Shown piece by piece: positions 18,243 through 28,538 of a DNA stretch of 64,000 nucleotides (position 1 is the stretch's first letter; every line of letters starts with the position of its first letter). This DNA comes from an uncultured Acidobacteriaceae bacterium (lineage in GTDB: Bacteria; Acidobacteriota; Terriglobia; Terriglobales; Acidobacteriaceae): assembly GCA_963710885.1 (NCBI GenBank), contig CAVQCF010000039.1:102153-166152 (forward strand), in the 5' to 3' direction. The translations under genes were made by a program, and so were the position numbers. The notes beneath the pieces were generated by a model, which was not told where the DNA came from, did not search any database, and worked only from the letters and a program-made list of their open reading frames with translations.

Positions 18243-21200
18243 ATGGCACTGTTCTGGGAGTTCTTCACCTTCGAGCTGAGGTTCCGCTTCAAGAGCCTCT
18301 CGACGTACATGTATTTCCTGCTCTGGCTCGTGTTTTCCTTCCTCAGCGTTGCGTCGGAAAGCTTTGGCCCGCTCGGAAGCGGCAATGGCAAGGTTCTCCT
18401 GAATTCCGCGTATGCCAATGCGTTCAACGACATTGGCGCTGCGCTCTTCGGCATCATCGTGATTGCCGCCATTTTCGGCACCTCAATTCTCCGCGACTTC
18501 CAGCGCGATACCTACCAGATCCTGTTTACCCAACCCATCTCAAAGTTCGCCTACCTCGGCGGACGCTGGGCCGGTTCCTTCGTCACCACTGTCTTCGCCT
18601 TCTCCGGAATGATGTTTGGCACGTTCCTCGGCACATTCGCCCCTTGGGCGGACCACACTCGCATCGGTCCAAATCATCTCTGGGCCTATCTCCATCCTTT
18701 TCTCTCGATCCTCGTCGTTCAAATCTTCTTTATTGGTTCCCTGTTCTTCGCGGTTTCCGCCCTCACTCGCAAAATCTTCATTGTCTATCTGCAGGGCGTG
18801 GCCCTGTTCATGATCTACGTCATCGGCTTGACCGTGTTCGTTGCCACCCGCTCCCTGGAACGTTTCTGGTCTAGCATCTTCGATCCCATCGGCATCATCC
18901 TGTTCAACAACGTCACCCGTTATTGGACCGTGATCGAAAAGAACACTCTATTCGTCTCGTGGTCCCCCGCTCTCCTCAATGGAGTGTTCCTCTATAACCG
19001 TCTCCTCTGGATTGGAGTTGGCGTCGTGTCGCTGATTTCGGTCTGGGCCCTCTTTCCCATGTCGGTGGAGGCTCTCACCGCGCGCTCCCAAGGACGCCGC
19101 GCAGCCAAAGCGAAGGAACAGGAACTCACGGAAGCGCAGCCGCTCCGCTCCCTCGTGCCCGCTCAGCTTCCCCGTGCCCATCAGTCCTTTACGGCCTCCA
19201 CTACGTTCGCTCAATACGTCTCGCTCTCGCGCCTCCGGATGCGGAGCATTTTTCGCGACATCCCGTTCTGGGCGCTCGTCGCTCTCATCGTCGCCTTCGC
19301 GGTTAACAACGGCTATTTCGCCGGCCGCATCGCCGAACAGAACGTCTGGCCGGTCACCTACCTCATGGTGCAAGCGGTCGAGGGAAGCGCCCTCCTCTTT
19401 CTCTTTATTGTCGCGGGTCTCTATGCCGCTGAATTGCTCTGGCGCGAGCGCGACAACCATTTCGACGGCATCCACGATGCTTTGCCCGTGCGCGAGTCGA
19501 CCGACTGGTTCTCGCGTCTTACGGCCATCGTCGCCGTCGAACTCATTCTCCTCGCCTTCGTCATGCTCATCGGCATCGTGATGCAAACCATCGCGGGCTA
19601 CTACCACTACGAATTCCTTCAGTACATGAAGGAGCTTTATGTAGTGACCTTCCCGCAGGTCCTTACCTTCATCTTGCTCGCCCTGTTTGTCCAGACCGTG
19701 GTCTCGAACAAGTTCGTCGGCTATGCCATCCTTTTGGGCGCCTTCGTGTTGATGCCGGTTCTCTACAACTTCGGCTGGGAGAACACGCTCTACCTCATTG
19801 GCCAGACTCCCGCCTACACGTACTCCGACATGAACGGGTACGGCCACTTCGTCCCATCGCTTTTCTGGTCGATCACGTATTGGTTCTCGATTTGTGCTCT
19901 GTTAGGCGTGTTCTCCATCGCCTTTGCACGCCGCGGCGCCGAAGACTCGCTGCGCGCTCGCACTCGTCTCGCCCTTCAGCGTGCTCCGCGGCTCATTCCT
20001 GCCGCCTTGCTATTCGCGATTATGGCTGTGGGCGCTGGCTCCTGGTACTTCTACAACGCTCACGTACTGAATGAATACCTCGATTCGAAAGCACGCCGGG
20101 GCATCCAGGCTGACTACGAACGTCAGTTCAAGAAGTACGAAAACCTGGACCAGCCCAAAGTCACGGCCGTCGATGCCACCATCAATATCTATCCCGAGCA
20201 CCGCTCCTTCGACGGAAGCGTGCGGATGACTCTGCAGAACAAGACCAACCAGCCGATCGCACAAATTCATCTCACCGACCAGAAGCAGTCGGTCACGAAC
20301 GTCCAGTTCGATCGCGCGTTCCACCTCGTCAGTGCCGCGCGGCGCAACATGTACTCGATCTATGCGCTCGACTCGCCGTTAGCACCGGGCCAGACGGTCA
20401 CCCTCACTTGCAATGTGGGCCACCATACCCGCGGCTTCCGCGACGGCAACGAACTCCCCGAGTTGGCTTATAACGGCACTTTTTTCGACTCCGACTACGT
20501 TCCTTACATCGGCTACAACGCCGGCATCGAACTCGATGATCCACGCCGCCGCCGCGAAGAGCATCTGCCGCCTCTCGAAGAAATGGCCCACCGCGGCGAT
20601 CCCGCGCACGCCGTAAACAACGTTTTCTTCCGCGGAGAGTCCGACTGGGTCACGTATCACACTGTGGTGAGCACGTCGGCGGACCAGATCGCGGTCGCGC
20701 CCGGATACCTCCAGCGCGAATGGCAGGACAAGGGGCGCCGCTACTTCGAATACAGCATGGGCTCGACGCACATCCTGGATTTCTTCTCTTATATTTCGGC
20801 GCGCTACCAGTCGCGGAGAGAGATGTACCACGGCCCCAACGGCGACGTTGCTCTCGAGGTTTACTACGATCCCGCACACACCTACGACGTCGACGACATG
20901 CTGGCCAGTTCCCGCGCCGGCCTCGACTACTATCAAAAAACCTTCAGCCCCTACCAGTTCAAGCAGTACCGCATTTTCGAGTTTCCCCGCTACCGTACTT
21001 TCGCTCAATCGTTTCCCAACACGATTCCTTACTCGGAGGGCATCGGCTTCATCAGTCGCGTCATCAAGCCGACCGACATCGATTTCACATATTTTGTGAC
21101 TGCCCACGAACTCGGCCACCAATGGTGGGCGCATCAACTGGTTGGCGCCGACGCCGAAGGTTCCAACATGATGTCGGAGAGCCTTGCCGAGTACTCCGCC

Positions 21201-21935
21201 CTGCAGGTGATGGCGCACAAGTACGGCCGCGATCTGATGCACCGCTTTCTCCGCCACGAACTCGATGGATACCTCCGCGGGCGCGCCGGCGAGGTCCGCC
21301 ATGAGCCGCCACTCGCGCTCGTGCAGCGCGAGCAATACGTCTGGTACCAGAAGGGCGGTCAGATTCTCTATACGCTGGCCGACTATATCGGCGAAGACAA
21401 ACTCAATCTCGCGCTCCACAATTTCCTGATGCAATACCAGTACGCCAACGCCAACAACCAGGTCGACGCTAACAACAACGCGCAGGCCTCCATGCCTATC
21501 AACAGTCCTTATCCGGACACTCGCATGCTGGTTGACGCTATCCGCGCTCAAACTCCGCCCGAACTCCAGTATCTGGTCGACGACGGCTTCAACCGCATCG
21601 TGCTCTACGACAACAAAACCGTCACTGCAACCTCGCAGAAGACTTCGGATGGCAAATATAAAGTCACGCTTGAGGTTGAGGCGCGCAAGATGCAAGCCGA
21701 CGGCAACGGCGCCGAAACGCCGATGCCCCTTGACGACTACATCGAGATCGGCGTCTTTAGCGGCAAGAAAGATCAGGAAAAACCGCTCTACCTCAAGAAG
21801 GAAAAGATCAGCGAGCCCCACAAAACGTTTGTGGTCGTGGTTGACGAAAAGCCAACTCTAGCAGGCATTGATCCTTACAATAAGCTCATCGACCGCAACG
21901 CCGATGACAACATGATCGATGTCACAGAGCAGTAA
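18243..21935 (+). CDS. Fusion protein: two tandem ABC-2-type permease modules (about 13 TM segments) + C-terminal M1-family zinc metallopeptidase domain
   Basis: 1230 aa, with GGAGG before the ATG. By eye there are ~6 hydrophobic helices in aa 20-275, ~6 in aa 340-560 and one more at ~585-605. After that the chain is soluble. It carries VTAHELGHQWW (HELGH = aa 955-959, nt 21105..21119) and a downstream Glu in MMSESLAEY, which is the gluzincin HEXXH-(X18-19)-E signature of M1 peptidases. Confidence 0.85.
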   Translation: MALFWEFFTFELRFRFKSLSTYMYFLLWLVFSFLSVASESFGPLGSGNGKVLLNSAYANAFNDIGAALFGIIVIAAIFGTSILRDFQRDTYQILFTQPISKFAYLGGRWAGSFVTTVFAFSGMMFGTFLGTFAPWADHTRIGPNHLWAYLHPFLSILVVQIFFIGSLFFAVSALTRKIFIVYLQGVALFMIYVIGLTVFVATRSLERFWSSIFDPIGIILFNNVTRYWTVIEKNTLFVSWSPALLNGVFLYNRLLWIGVGVVSLISVWALFPMSVEALTARSQGRRAAKAKEQELTEAQPLRSLVPAQLPRAHQSFTASTTFAQYVSLSRLRMRSIFRDIPFWALVALIVAFAVNNGYFAGRIAEQNVWPVTYLMVQAVEGSALLFLFIVAGLYAAELLWRERDNHFDGIHDALPVRESTDWFSRLTAIVAVELILLAFVMLIGIVMQTIAGYYHYEFLQYMKELYVVTFPQVLTFILLALFVQTVVSNKFVGYAILLGAFVLMPVLYNFGWENTLYLIGQTPAYTYSDMNGYGHFVPSLFWSITYWFSICALLGVFSIAFARRGAEDSLRARTRLALQRAPRLIPAALLFAIMAVGAGSWYFYNAHVLNEYLDSKARRGIQADYERQFKKYENLDQPKVTAVDATINIYPEHRSFDGSVRMTLQNKTNQPIAQIHLTDQKQSVTNVQFDRAFHLVSAARRNMYSIYALDSPLAPGQTVTLTCNVGHHTRGFRDGNELPELAYNGTFFDSDYVPYIGYNAGIELDDPRRRREEHLPPLEEMAHRGDPAHAVNNVFFRGESDWVTYHTVVSTSADQIAVAPGYLQREWQDKGRRYFEYSMGSTHILDFFSYISARYQSRREMYHGPNGDVALEVYYDPAHTYDVDDMLASSRAGLDYYQKTFSPYQFKQYRIFEFPRYRTFAQSFPNTIPYSEGIGFISRVIKPTDIDFTYFVTAHELGHQWWAHQLVGADAEGSNMMSESLAEYSALQVMAHKYGRDLMHRFLRHELDGYLRGRAGEVRHEPPLALVQREQYVWYQKGGQILYTLADYIGEDKLNLALHNFLMQYQYANANNQVDANNNAQASMPINSPYPDTRMLVDAIRAQTPPELQYLVDDGFNRIVLYDNKTVTATSQKTSDGKYKVTLEVEARKMQADGNGAETPMPLDDYIEIGVFSGKKDQEKPLYLKKEKISEPHKTFVVVVDEKPTLAGIDPYNKLIDRNADDNMIDVTEQ

Positions 21936-23691
21936 ACAATCGGGTCGCGTGACCAACTTCGAGAGAAGCTGCCGCAGGAACATCGCCGCTCTGCTGGCGT
22001 TGTGCCTGCTGTCTGGCGCTCCCAGTCTGCTGGCCCAGCTCCCAACGCACAGGGCCGCAACCGGCAAAGAGAAGACAGTAGTGCCGGCCGCATCCGCGAT
22101 CCAGTTCGAAAACGTAATCGAACAATCCAAGATCAAATTCAAACTCAAAAACAGCGTCAGTCCCCAACGCTATACGTTTGAAACCATGGTCGGCGGAGTC
22201 GCCGTCTTCGACTACAACAACGACGGCTTCCTGGACATCTTCTTCACCAATGGCGCGGCGATCCCGTCTCTGGAAAAGAGCGATCCAAGTTACTGGAACC
22301 GCCTCTTCCGCAACAACGGGGACAGCACCTTCACCGATGTAACCGATAAAACGGGCCTGCAAGGGATCGGCTATTCGATGGGTGTAGCCGCCGGCGACTA
22401 CGACAACGATGGATTCGTCGATCTCTACGTGACCGGAGTCAACCGCAACCAGCTTTTCCATAACAATGGAGACGGCACCTTCACTGACGTAACCGAAAAG
22501 GCGGGAGTCGGCGGCATGGTTCCCAAACTCGGCAAAGCGTGGTCGGTCGCAGCGGGATGGTTCGATTTCAACAATGATGGGCTGCTCGACCTGTTTGTCG
22601 TGAACTACCTCAATTACAGCATCAAAACCGCGACTCTCTGCGTCCAGCAGGGACTTCCGGCTTATTGCTCGCCGGTCGATTTTCTGGGAACGCCCAACAT
22701 TCTTTATCGCAACAACGGCGACGGCACATTTACCGACGTCTCGGAACAGTCCCACATTTCCAAGTACGTCGGCAAAGGGATGGGTCTTGCGTTCGCCGAT
22801 TATGATAACGACGGATTCACCGACATCTTTGTCTCCAACGATACTTTCGAGAATTATCTTCTGCACAACAACCGGGACGGAACTTTCACCAACGTGGCAC
22901 TGCTCGCCGGGGTTGCCTACAACGCATTCGGCAACGCCATCGCCGGCATGGGCGCGGATTTCCGCGACATCGACAACGATGGCAAGCCGGATATTTTTGA
23001 AACAGCCATGTTCGGGGAAGGCTTCCCTCTCTACAAGAATCTGGGCGATGGTCAGTTTCAGGACGTCACCGCAACTGCAGGATTGAGCGCGCTGACCAGC
23101 CGCTCCACCGCATGGGGAGTGGGGGTCTTCGATTTCGACAACGACGGGAACAAGGATCTGTTCACCGCCAACTCCGACATTCTGGACAACTCGATGGAAC
23201 TGGCGCACCGGCCTTATCCGCTACCCAATCGAGTGTTCCGTAACAAAGGCGATCTTGCCTTCGAGGATCTGAGTGCCAAGGCCGGGACATCCTTCCAGGT
23301 TCCGGCTCCGCATCGCGGCGCGGCCTTCGGCGACTTCAACAACGACGGCAAGATCGATGTCGTTGTGACGGTCCTGAACGGCCCGCCCGAAATATGGATG
23401 AATCGTTCCAGCACCCCAAACCACTGGATCATTCTGAAGCTGATCGGCGTCAAATCCAATCGCGACGGGCTGGGAACGAAGATCAAAGTGACAACAGCTC
23501 TCGGCTCGCAGTACAACCAGGCAACAACCGCGGTCAGCTATAACTCTTCGAGCGATAAGCGCGTGCACTTCGGCCTGGGCTCGGCCGGCGTCGTAGACGC
23601 GATCGAACTCACGTGGCCGAGCGGCATCAAGCAGGTTTTAAAAAACGTCAAAGCAGATCAGATCCTCACCGTGACGGAAAGTGGCCCGTGA
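21919..23691 (+). CDS. Secreted FG-GAP/VCBS-repeat beta-propeller protein with C-terminal ASPIC/UnbV domain (CRTAC1-like)
   Basis: 590 aa. Signal peptide AALLALCLLSGAPSLLAQ. Repeated units of the form DYDNDGFxDLFVxN...[18 protein letters not shown]. C-terminal NRDGLGTKIKV...SSSDKRVHFGLG...IELTWPSG is typical of UnbV/ASPIC. The start overlaps the previous stop by 17 nt. Confidence 0.85.
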   Translation: MSQSSKQSGRVTNFERSCRRNIAALLALCLLSGAPSLLAQLPTHRAATGKEKTVVPAASAIQFENVIEQSKIKFKLKNSVSPQRYTFETMVGGVAVFDYNNDGFLDIFFTNGAAIPSLEKSDPSYWNRLFRNNGDSTFTDVTDKTGLQGIGYSMGVAAGDYDNDGFVDLYVTGVNRNQLFHNNGDGTFTDVTEKAGVGGMVPKLGKAWSVAAGWFDFNNDGLLDLFVVNYLNYSIKTATLCVQQGLPAYCSPVDFLGTPNILYRNNGDGTFTDVSEQSHISKYVGKGMGLAFADYDNDGFTDIFVSNDTFENYLLHNNRDGTFTNVALLAGVAYNAFGNAIAGMGADFRDIDNDGKPDIFETAMFGEGFPLYKNLGDGQFQDVTATAGLSALTSRSTAWGVGVFDFDNDGNKDLFTANSDILDNSMELAHRPYPLPNRVFRNKGDLAFEDLSAKAGTSFQVPAPHRGAAFGDFNNDGKIDVVVTVLNGPPEIWMNRSSTPNHWIILKLIGVKSNRDGLGTKIKVTTALGSQYNQATTAVSYNSSSDKRVHFGLGSAGVVDAIELTWPSGIKQVLKNVKADQILTVTESGP

Positions 23692-23694
23692 GCT

Positions 23695-25370
23695 CTATTT
23701 TTGCCCGCCATTGGCCGACAAACGCTGCGCCAGGTCGGTTTGCCCATTGCGGCGCAGAAGCTCGATCAGGTCTTTCATGATCTGTGGATTGTTTCTCCCA
23801 TACGCCGCCACTGTTTCAGCAGTCAGGTCGGCATCCGATACCTTGCCGATCCGGAAGTAGGAATCGCACAGCATGTACAGCAATTCGGGAGTCATGGTTC
23901 TGGACTTCGCCAGATGTTCCGCCGCCTCGGACCATAGTTCCCCTGGTGGTACCGAACCTCGCCCATCTCGGCAATCGCCAGTCTGATAGTTCGGGTCGTT
24001 TGCAGTTCTGCCTTGAAACTCGTTCTCGGCCGCTTTCAGGTCGCCCTGTTTCAGCGCCAGGATTCCCTCGATAGGTATGCGCGCCTCGAACCGTCGGCTG
24101 AATCTCCAGCGCATGATGAAGGCTGCGCACACCATTCCCTGTATCTCCCATGAACAGATACAGTTTGCCAACAAACACATATGCGTCCGCGGGAGTGGCG
24201 GCCGTTCCCTTGAAGTGTTCCCGATACAACTGCAACGCATCCTCCTCGCGATGCTCGATCAGCAATTGGCGGGTCTGCGCTTTGATGGGACTCTCACGTT
24301 CGTCGCTCTCCGCCGAGCGGACGAATGTCCTCTGTTCCATCATCAACTGATGCAGAGCCGCCTCGTGCTGCGCGTCCTGCCGTCCGGCCCATCGCGGCGT
24401 ACGCCCGTGAGAGATAGAAATGTGCCAGCAATCGCGTCGGGTCGAGCCGTAACGCCGATTGCAGGTCGATCGACCGCTGCGGGATAGTTCTTCAGTTCCA
24501 GTTCGCATTGGCCAAGCCCCAGCAACGCCTCGACATCGTCGGCCTTGAACGCGAGAACGCGTTCGAATGCGTTCTTGGCCTCCTGCCATTTGGCGAGCTT
24601 CACATCCGCGGTAGCCAGCAGTTGCAAGGCGGTCACATCGTTGGGATGGGATTCGAACTGCGCGGGCGGCATACTGTGCGGCGCCGGCAAGATCCATCAA
24701 TTTGTAGTCTGCCGCGGCGATGTCGTAATCAATCCGCGGCAGCGTCGCATCAGAGTGCTGCGCTTTGAGCAGCCATTTCAGCCCACCGGCGTAATCCCCG
24801 GTGCCGCACAGCAGTTCTCCATATTTCTGCCACACCGATACATTGTCGGGCTCGGCCTTCAAACTCTGCCGGATGGCGCGCAGCGCCAGCTCGTCCTGCC
24901 CATTCAGGTGATAGGCCTGGGCAAGATAAAACTGCGCGTCTCCATCGCCGGGAAGAATCCGGACGCAGTGCTCGAGCAGTTTGATGGCTTCTTCTTTTTG
25001 TCCGGTGGCCAGTTTGTCGATGCCTACTTTCAGCAGCAGATCTCCATCGTTCGGAGCAAGCTTCAGAGCCTCTTCATAAGCGGCCGCCGCTTCGGAGGTG
25101 TGTCCCGGCCTCCTCCAGCAACATGCCCTTCAGCTTGATTGCCGGAGCAAAGTCCGGATGCTGCTCAAGCAAGCGCAGGGTAAGATTCATCGCACCCTGC
25201 TTGTCGCCGTGCTCGGCGAGGCTGAGCGCCTGGTGGACTTGCCGCATCAGGGGCGACTCGGCGGGATGGCCCGCGTTCTGCGCCACGAATCGCAGACCCG
25301 CACCGGCACCAGACAGCGCCGCCAGAAGCAGGACTGCACGCAGACGATTTGCGGTTGCCCCGATCGCCAT
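23695..25370 (-). pseudogene. TPR-repeat protein with signal peptide, interrupted by at least 7 frameshifts (pseudogene or consensus errors)
   Basis: Sensible TPR-like translation hops between frames. 25370->~25085 gives MAIGATANRLRAVLLLAAL...KLKGMLLEEAG. ~25085->~24665 gives HTSEAAAAYEEALKLAPNDGDLLLKVG...AEPDNVSVWQKYG. ~24665->~24480 gives FESHPNDVTALQLLATADVKLAKWQEAKNAFERVLAFKADD. ~24480->~24375 gives SIDLQSALRLDPTRLLAHFYLSRAYAAMGR. Next come HEAALHQLMMEQ...ALEIQP, then IPIEGILALKQGDLKAAENEF. A compensated pair of shifts lies near 23983/23943 (LAIAEMGEVRYHQG), and the gene ends ...LAQRLSANGGQK. Confidence 0.7.
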
Positions 25371-25371
25371 A

Positions 25372-27233
25372 TTAAGGAAGCTTCACGCGGTGCTCGGATG
25401 GCTTGCTGGAGACCACTCCCTGCCCTTCGCGCACCACATAAAATCGGTCGGCAGCTAGATTGGCGAGCGTCTCCTTCTTCCCATCCGGCCACAGCACTTC
25501 AGCCTGATCGACACGCTCGTGAGTGCCCAGCCCGAAGTGAATGCGCAGATCATGCTGCGACAGGTAGCTTCCGCCGCTGATGACTTCGCCCAGCTGCACG
25601 AGGTCTCCGGCCGTGGCTCGCACGCGCGCATTCAAGGCCAGGCGGTTGCTCTTCACGCCTTCCAGTTGAAAACTGATCCAATGGTTCTGCGGGCCACCTT
25701 CGGGACGCAGAATCATCGGCTTGCCCACCAGGTTTTCAACCACCGCTTCCATCTTTCCGTCGTTGAACAGATCGCCCACGGCAAGTCCGCGGCTCACCTG
25801 CGGAATCTGAATCGCGTCGCCGACCAGCTTGCTGGCATTCCTGAAAGTTCCGTCTCGTTGATTGATAAACAGAAGCTTCGGCTCCAGATAGCGGGTGGCC
25901 GGTGCGCGCTGTCCACCTGCGGATACACGTGCCCGTTGACCAGGAAGAAATCCTGCCAGCCGTCGTTGGCGAAATCGACAAATGCGTCTCCCCAGCCCAC
26001 ATAGCCTTGCGTGCCCCGGGCGATGCCCGAGGCGATCGACGTATCGGTAAAGTTCATCCCGTCCATCGTTGCGATAGAGCGCGGCGTACTCAATGTCGAA
26101 ATGCGAGAGCAGCAGCGACATGCGCCCGGTGTGCAGATAGTCGCCGAAGGCAACTCCCATGTTGGCCTGTTCAACTCCGTCTTCGTTCGCGGCCACGCCG
26201 GAAGTAAGCGCAACATCCTCAAATTTTCCCGCGCCGTCGCCCTGATAAAGATAGTTCGCCTGGCCATCGTTGGTCACAAAGAGATCGAGCTTTCCGTCGT
26301 TGTCGAAATCCGACCAGATGGCGGTCAGACCATAGCGGCGTTCCGGATCGTCGACGCCGGCCTTCTTCGACAACATCGGTAAATGTTCCGTCGCCGTTGT
26401 TGTGATAAAGATTGTCGGGAGATCCCTTCAGCCCGCGCGGGCCGCACTGCACATCGAGTCCCAGATACTTGCACGACTTTGCCGGAACCGAACACGGGCA
26501 GATCGTCCAGATGAAAATCGACATAGTGCGAAACAAAAAGATCGGCCCAGCCGTCGCCGTCATAATCGCCGAAAGCTGCGCCCGTCGCCCATCCGGAATC
26601 GCTGGCCAGTCCGCTGGCCTTGGTCACGTCGGTAAATGTTCCATCGCCGTTGTTGCGATAGAGCACCACGCCGTTCAGACAGGTCACCAGCAGATCGGGC
26701 CAGCCGTCATTGTTGTAGTCGCCAACGGCCGCGCCCATCGCCCAGCAGGGATAGCCTACGCCGGCCTTGTCGGTGACATCGGTAAATGTTCCGTCGTGAT
26801 TGTTATGAAACAAGGCGCTGCGCGCTTTGACGCCGTGCAGCGCCATGTCCACGCTCTGCGCATTCGTAAAATAAATGTCCGGCCAGCCATCGCCGTCGTA
26901 ATCGATCAGCGCGACTCCGCCGCTCATCGACTCGGCAATGAATTTCGCCTCAGGACTCGACATGTGCTCGAAATGAATTCCAGTGGAATCCGTGATGTCG
27001 ACCAGATGCGGATAGTTGGTGAGCGCGCCGGTTGCCTTGCTCTCGGCCTCGGCTTTTTGACGCTCTGCGGGCGGCAGGGGGGTCGGCGTTCCCATCTGTG
27101 CCATCGCCCTCGCACTCAGGCAAAGAACAGTAATAAAGATAGCGCCAAACAATCGGAGAAACGCCGGCGACTGCACCCGCGTTGCTGGCGCGACTCGTGC
27201 TCCGATCCTACGGTTCTTCCGGCTCGTCCGCAC
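25372..27233 (-). pseudogene. FG-GAP/VCBS-repeat + ASPIC/UnbV protein (paralog of 21919..23691), interrupted by about 4 frameshifts
   Basis: The N-terminal ORF 26325..27233 has a signal peptide and [15 protein letters not shown] / [11 protein letters not shown] repeats. The frame changes near 26480 (to [35 protein letters not shown]) and near 26372 (to [32 protein letters not shown]). It changes again near 26065 (to GMNFTDTSIASGIARGTQGYVGWGDAFVDFANDGWQDFFLVNGHVYPQVD) and near 25900 (to ATRYLEPKLLFINQRDGTFRN...). The gene ends with the UnbV-type SGGSYLSQHDLRIHFGLG...VLWPDG. Confidence 0.75.
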
Positions 27234-28436
27234 GAATTTCCTTGGGCTGAACCTGCAATTCCTTATAGAGAGCGCTCAGCTTCTCTTTCATCTCCTTGAA
27301 TTTCTTGTAGAGCTCCATCTCGCGCTTGGCGTCGTCCGCGCGCCCCATCTTCCGGTACAGCGTCGCCAGGCGGTAGTGGGCCGTGGCGTTGGTGGGCTCC
27401 AGTTGCACGGCCTCTTCGAGCAAAGCCAGCGCCTTGTCCGATTGATTCATCTCAATCAGGGTCTTCGCCAAGCCCAAGCTTGGCATCGGCATCGGCCGGC
27501 TGCAGCTCGACGGCTTTGGTGTATTCCTGATAAGACTGCTCTCGATTTCCCTTCTGCGCGTCGATCTCCGCGAGCCGGAGAATCGCTTTCTCATCCTGCG
27601 GATTTTCCCGCAGCGCGGCGCGATATTCCTGTTCGGCCTCCTTCTTCACGGCCTCGTCGCTCGAAGTGTGCAGCAGTTCGGCCAATTCGAAATGAATGCC
27701 GGGAAGATGCGGGTTGATCGCGATGGCCTTCCGATACTGCGCGATGGCGCCGTTAGTATTTCCCTGCCGAGCGTCTTCGTGAGCCAACAGCTGATGCATC
27801 TGCGCGGAGTCCGGCGCTGCCAGCGACAGCGCGAGCATCGACTCGCCTGCAAGATCGGAATAGGTGCGATAGGCGGCATAGAGCACCTCCGCATTCTCGG
27901 GATCGGCCTTGCGCAACTGCGCGATGACTGCCGGCGGCCTTCTCTAGATCGCCGCTCTCGCGTATCGAGGCCGACCAGTTCCAGCCCAAGTTGCACCTGA
28001 AAGCGCGGGTCCTGGATCGCGGGAAAGGCGGCTTCCATATCCTTGCGCGCATTGGCAAAGTCCAGCGTGCGGCTCTCGGCCATTCCCAGCAGTCCTTGAA
28101 TCTTGGCTAGGCCGGGCTGCCGCTCCATCGCAGCACGCGCGCGAAAGTGAGGAATGGACATCGGCGGCCTTGCCCTGAAAGAACAGCAGAACGCCCAGGT
28201 TGGCCTGCGCGTCCACACTCGTCGGGATCGATGTCCACCGCAGCCTGGAACTCCGGAATCGCCAAGGCAGGCTGCTTTTCATCGAGGTAGCCGCGGGCCT
28301 TCTGGATGTGCGCCGCAAACTCCTGCTGCTTGTCTTGGATGGCCTGAGCTGGGGTAGCCTGAGAAAGACAAAACGCAGCGCCCAGCAGCAAGACGAACCC
28401 CGGAAAGGCAATTCGAAGCTTCGCGATCATTCGCAA
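27208..28436 (-). pseudogene. TPR-repeat protein with signal peptide, interrupted by at least 4 frameshifts
   Basis: Five overlapping minus-strand ORFs each carry part of a coherent TPR protein: 28107..28436, 27944..28411, 27646..28218, 27452..27916 and 27208..27594. The parts read MRMIAKLRIAFPGFVLLLGAAFCLSQA...AVDIDPD, then DAQANLGVLLFFQGKAAD, then SIPHFRARAAMERQPGLAKIQGLLGMAESR...QVQLGLELVGLD. They continue with ADPENAEVLYAAYRTYSDLAGE...AVELQPADADAKLGLG and finally LAKTLIEMNQSDKALALLEEAVQLEPTNATAHYRLATLYRKMGR... Confidence 0.7.
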
Positions 28437-28479
28437 CCACTCAGATTATATAGCGCGGTCAATTCCTAGAGTATGAGGC

Positions 28480-28513
28480 AAAAAAGAAGAGACGGCGAAC
28501 AATCGCCGTCTCT
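28480..28513 (-). terminator. Rho-independent terminator after the TonB-dependent receptor gene
   Basis: Perfect 11-bp stem AGAGACGGCGA (28488..28498) / TCGCCGTCTCT (28503..28513) with loop ACAA. On the minus strand the hairpin is followed by TCTTCTTTTTT. Lies 26 nt past the stop at 28539. Confidence 0.7.
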
Positions 28514-28538
28514 CAAGGGAAGCACAACTCCATCAGAG

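Noticed and set aside
20379-23208. 480-aa and 428-aa minus-strand ORFs (20379..21821, 21922..23208)
   Set aside because: They lie antisense to the M1 peptidase domain and the CRTAC1-like gene, both of which carry diagnostic motifs. The reverse translations are V/A/G/R-rich with no recognisable domain.
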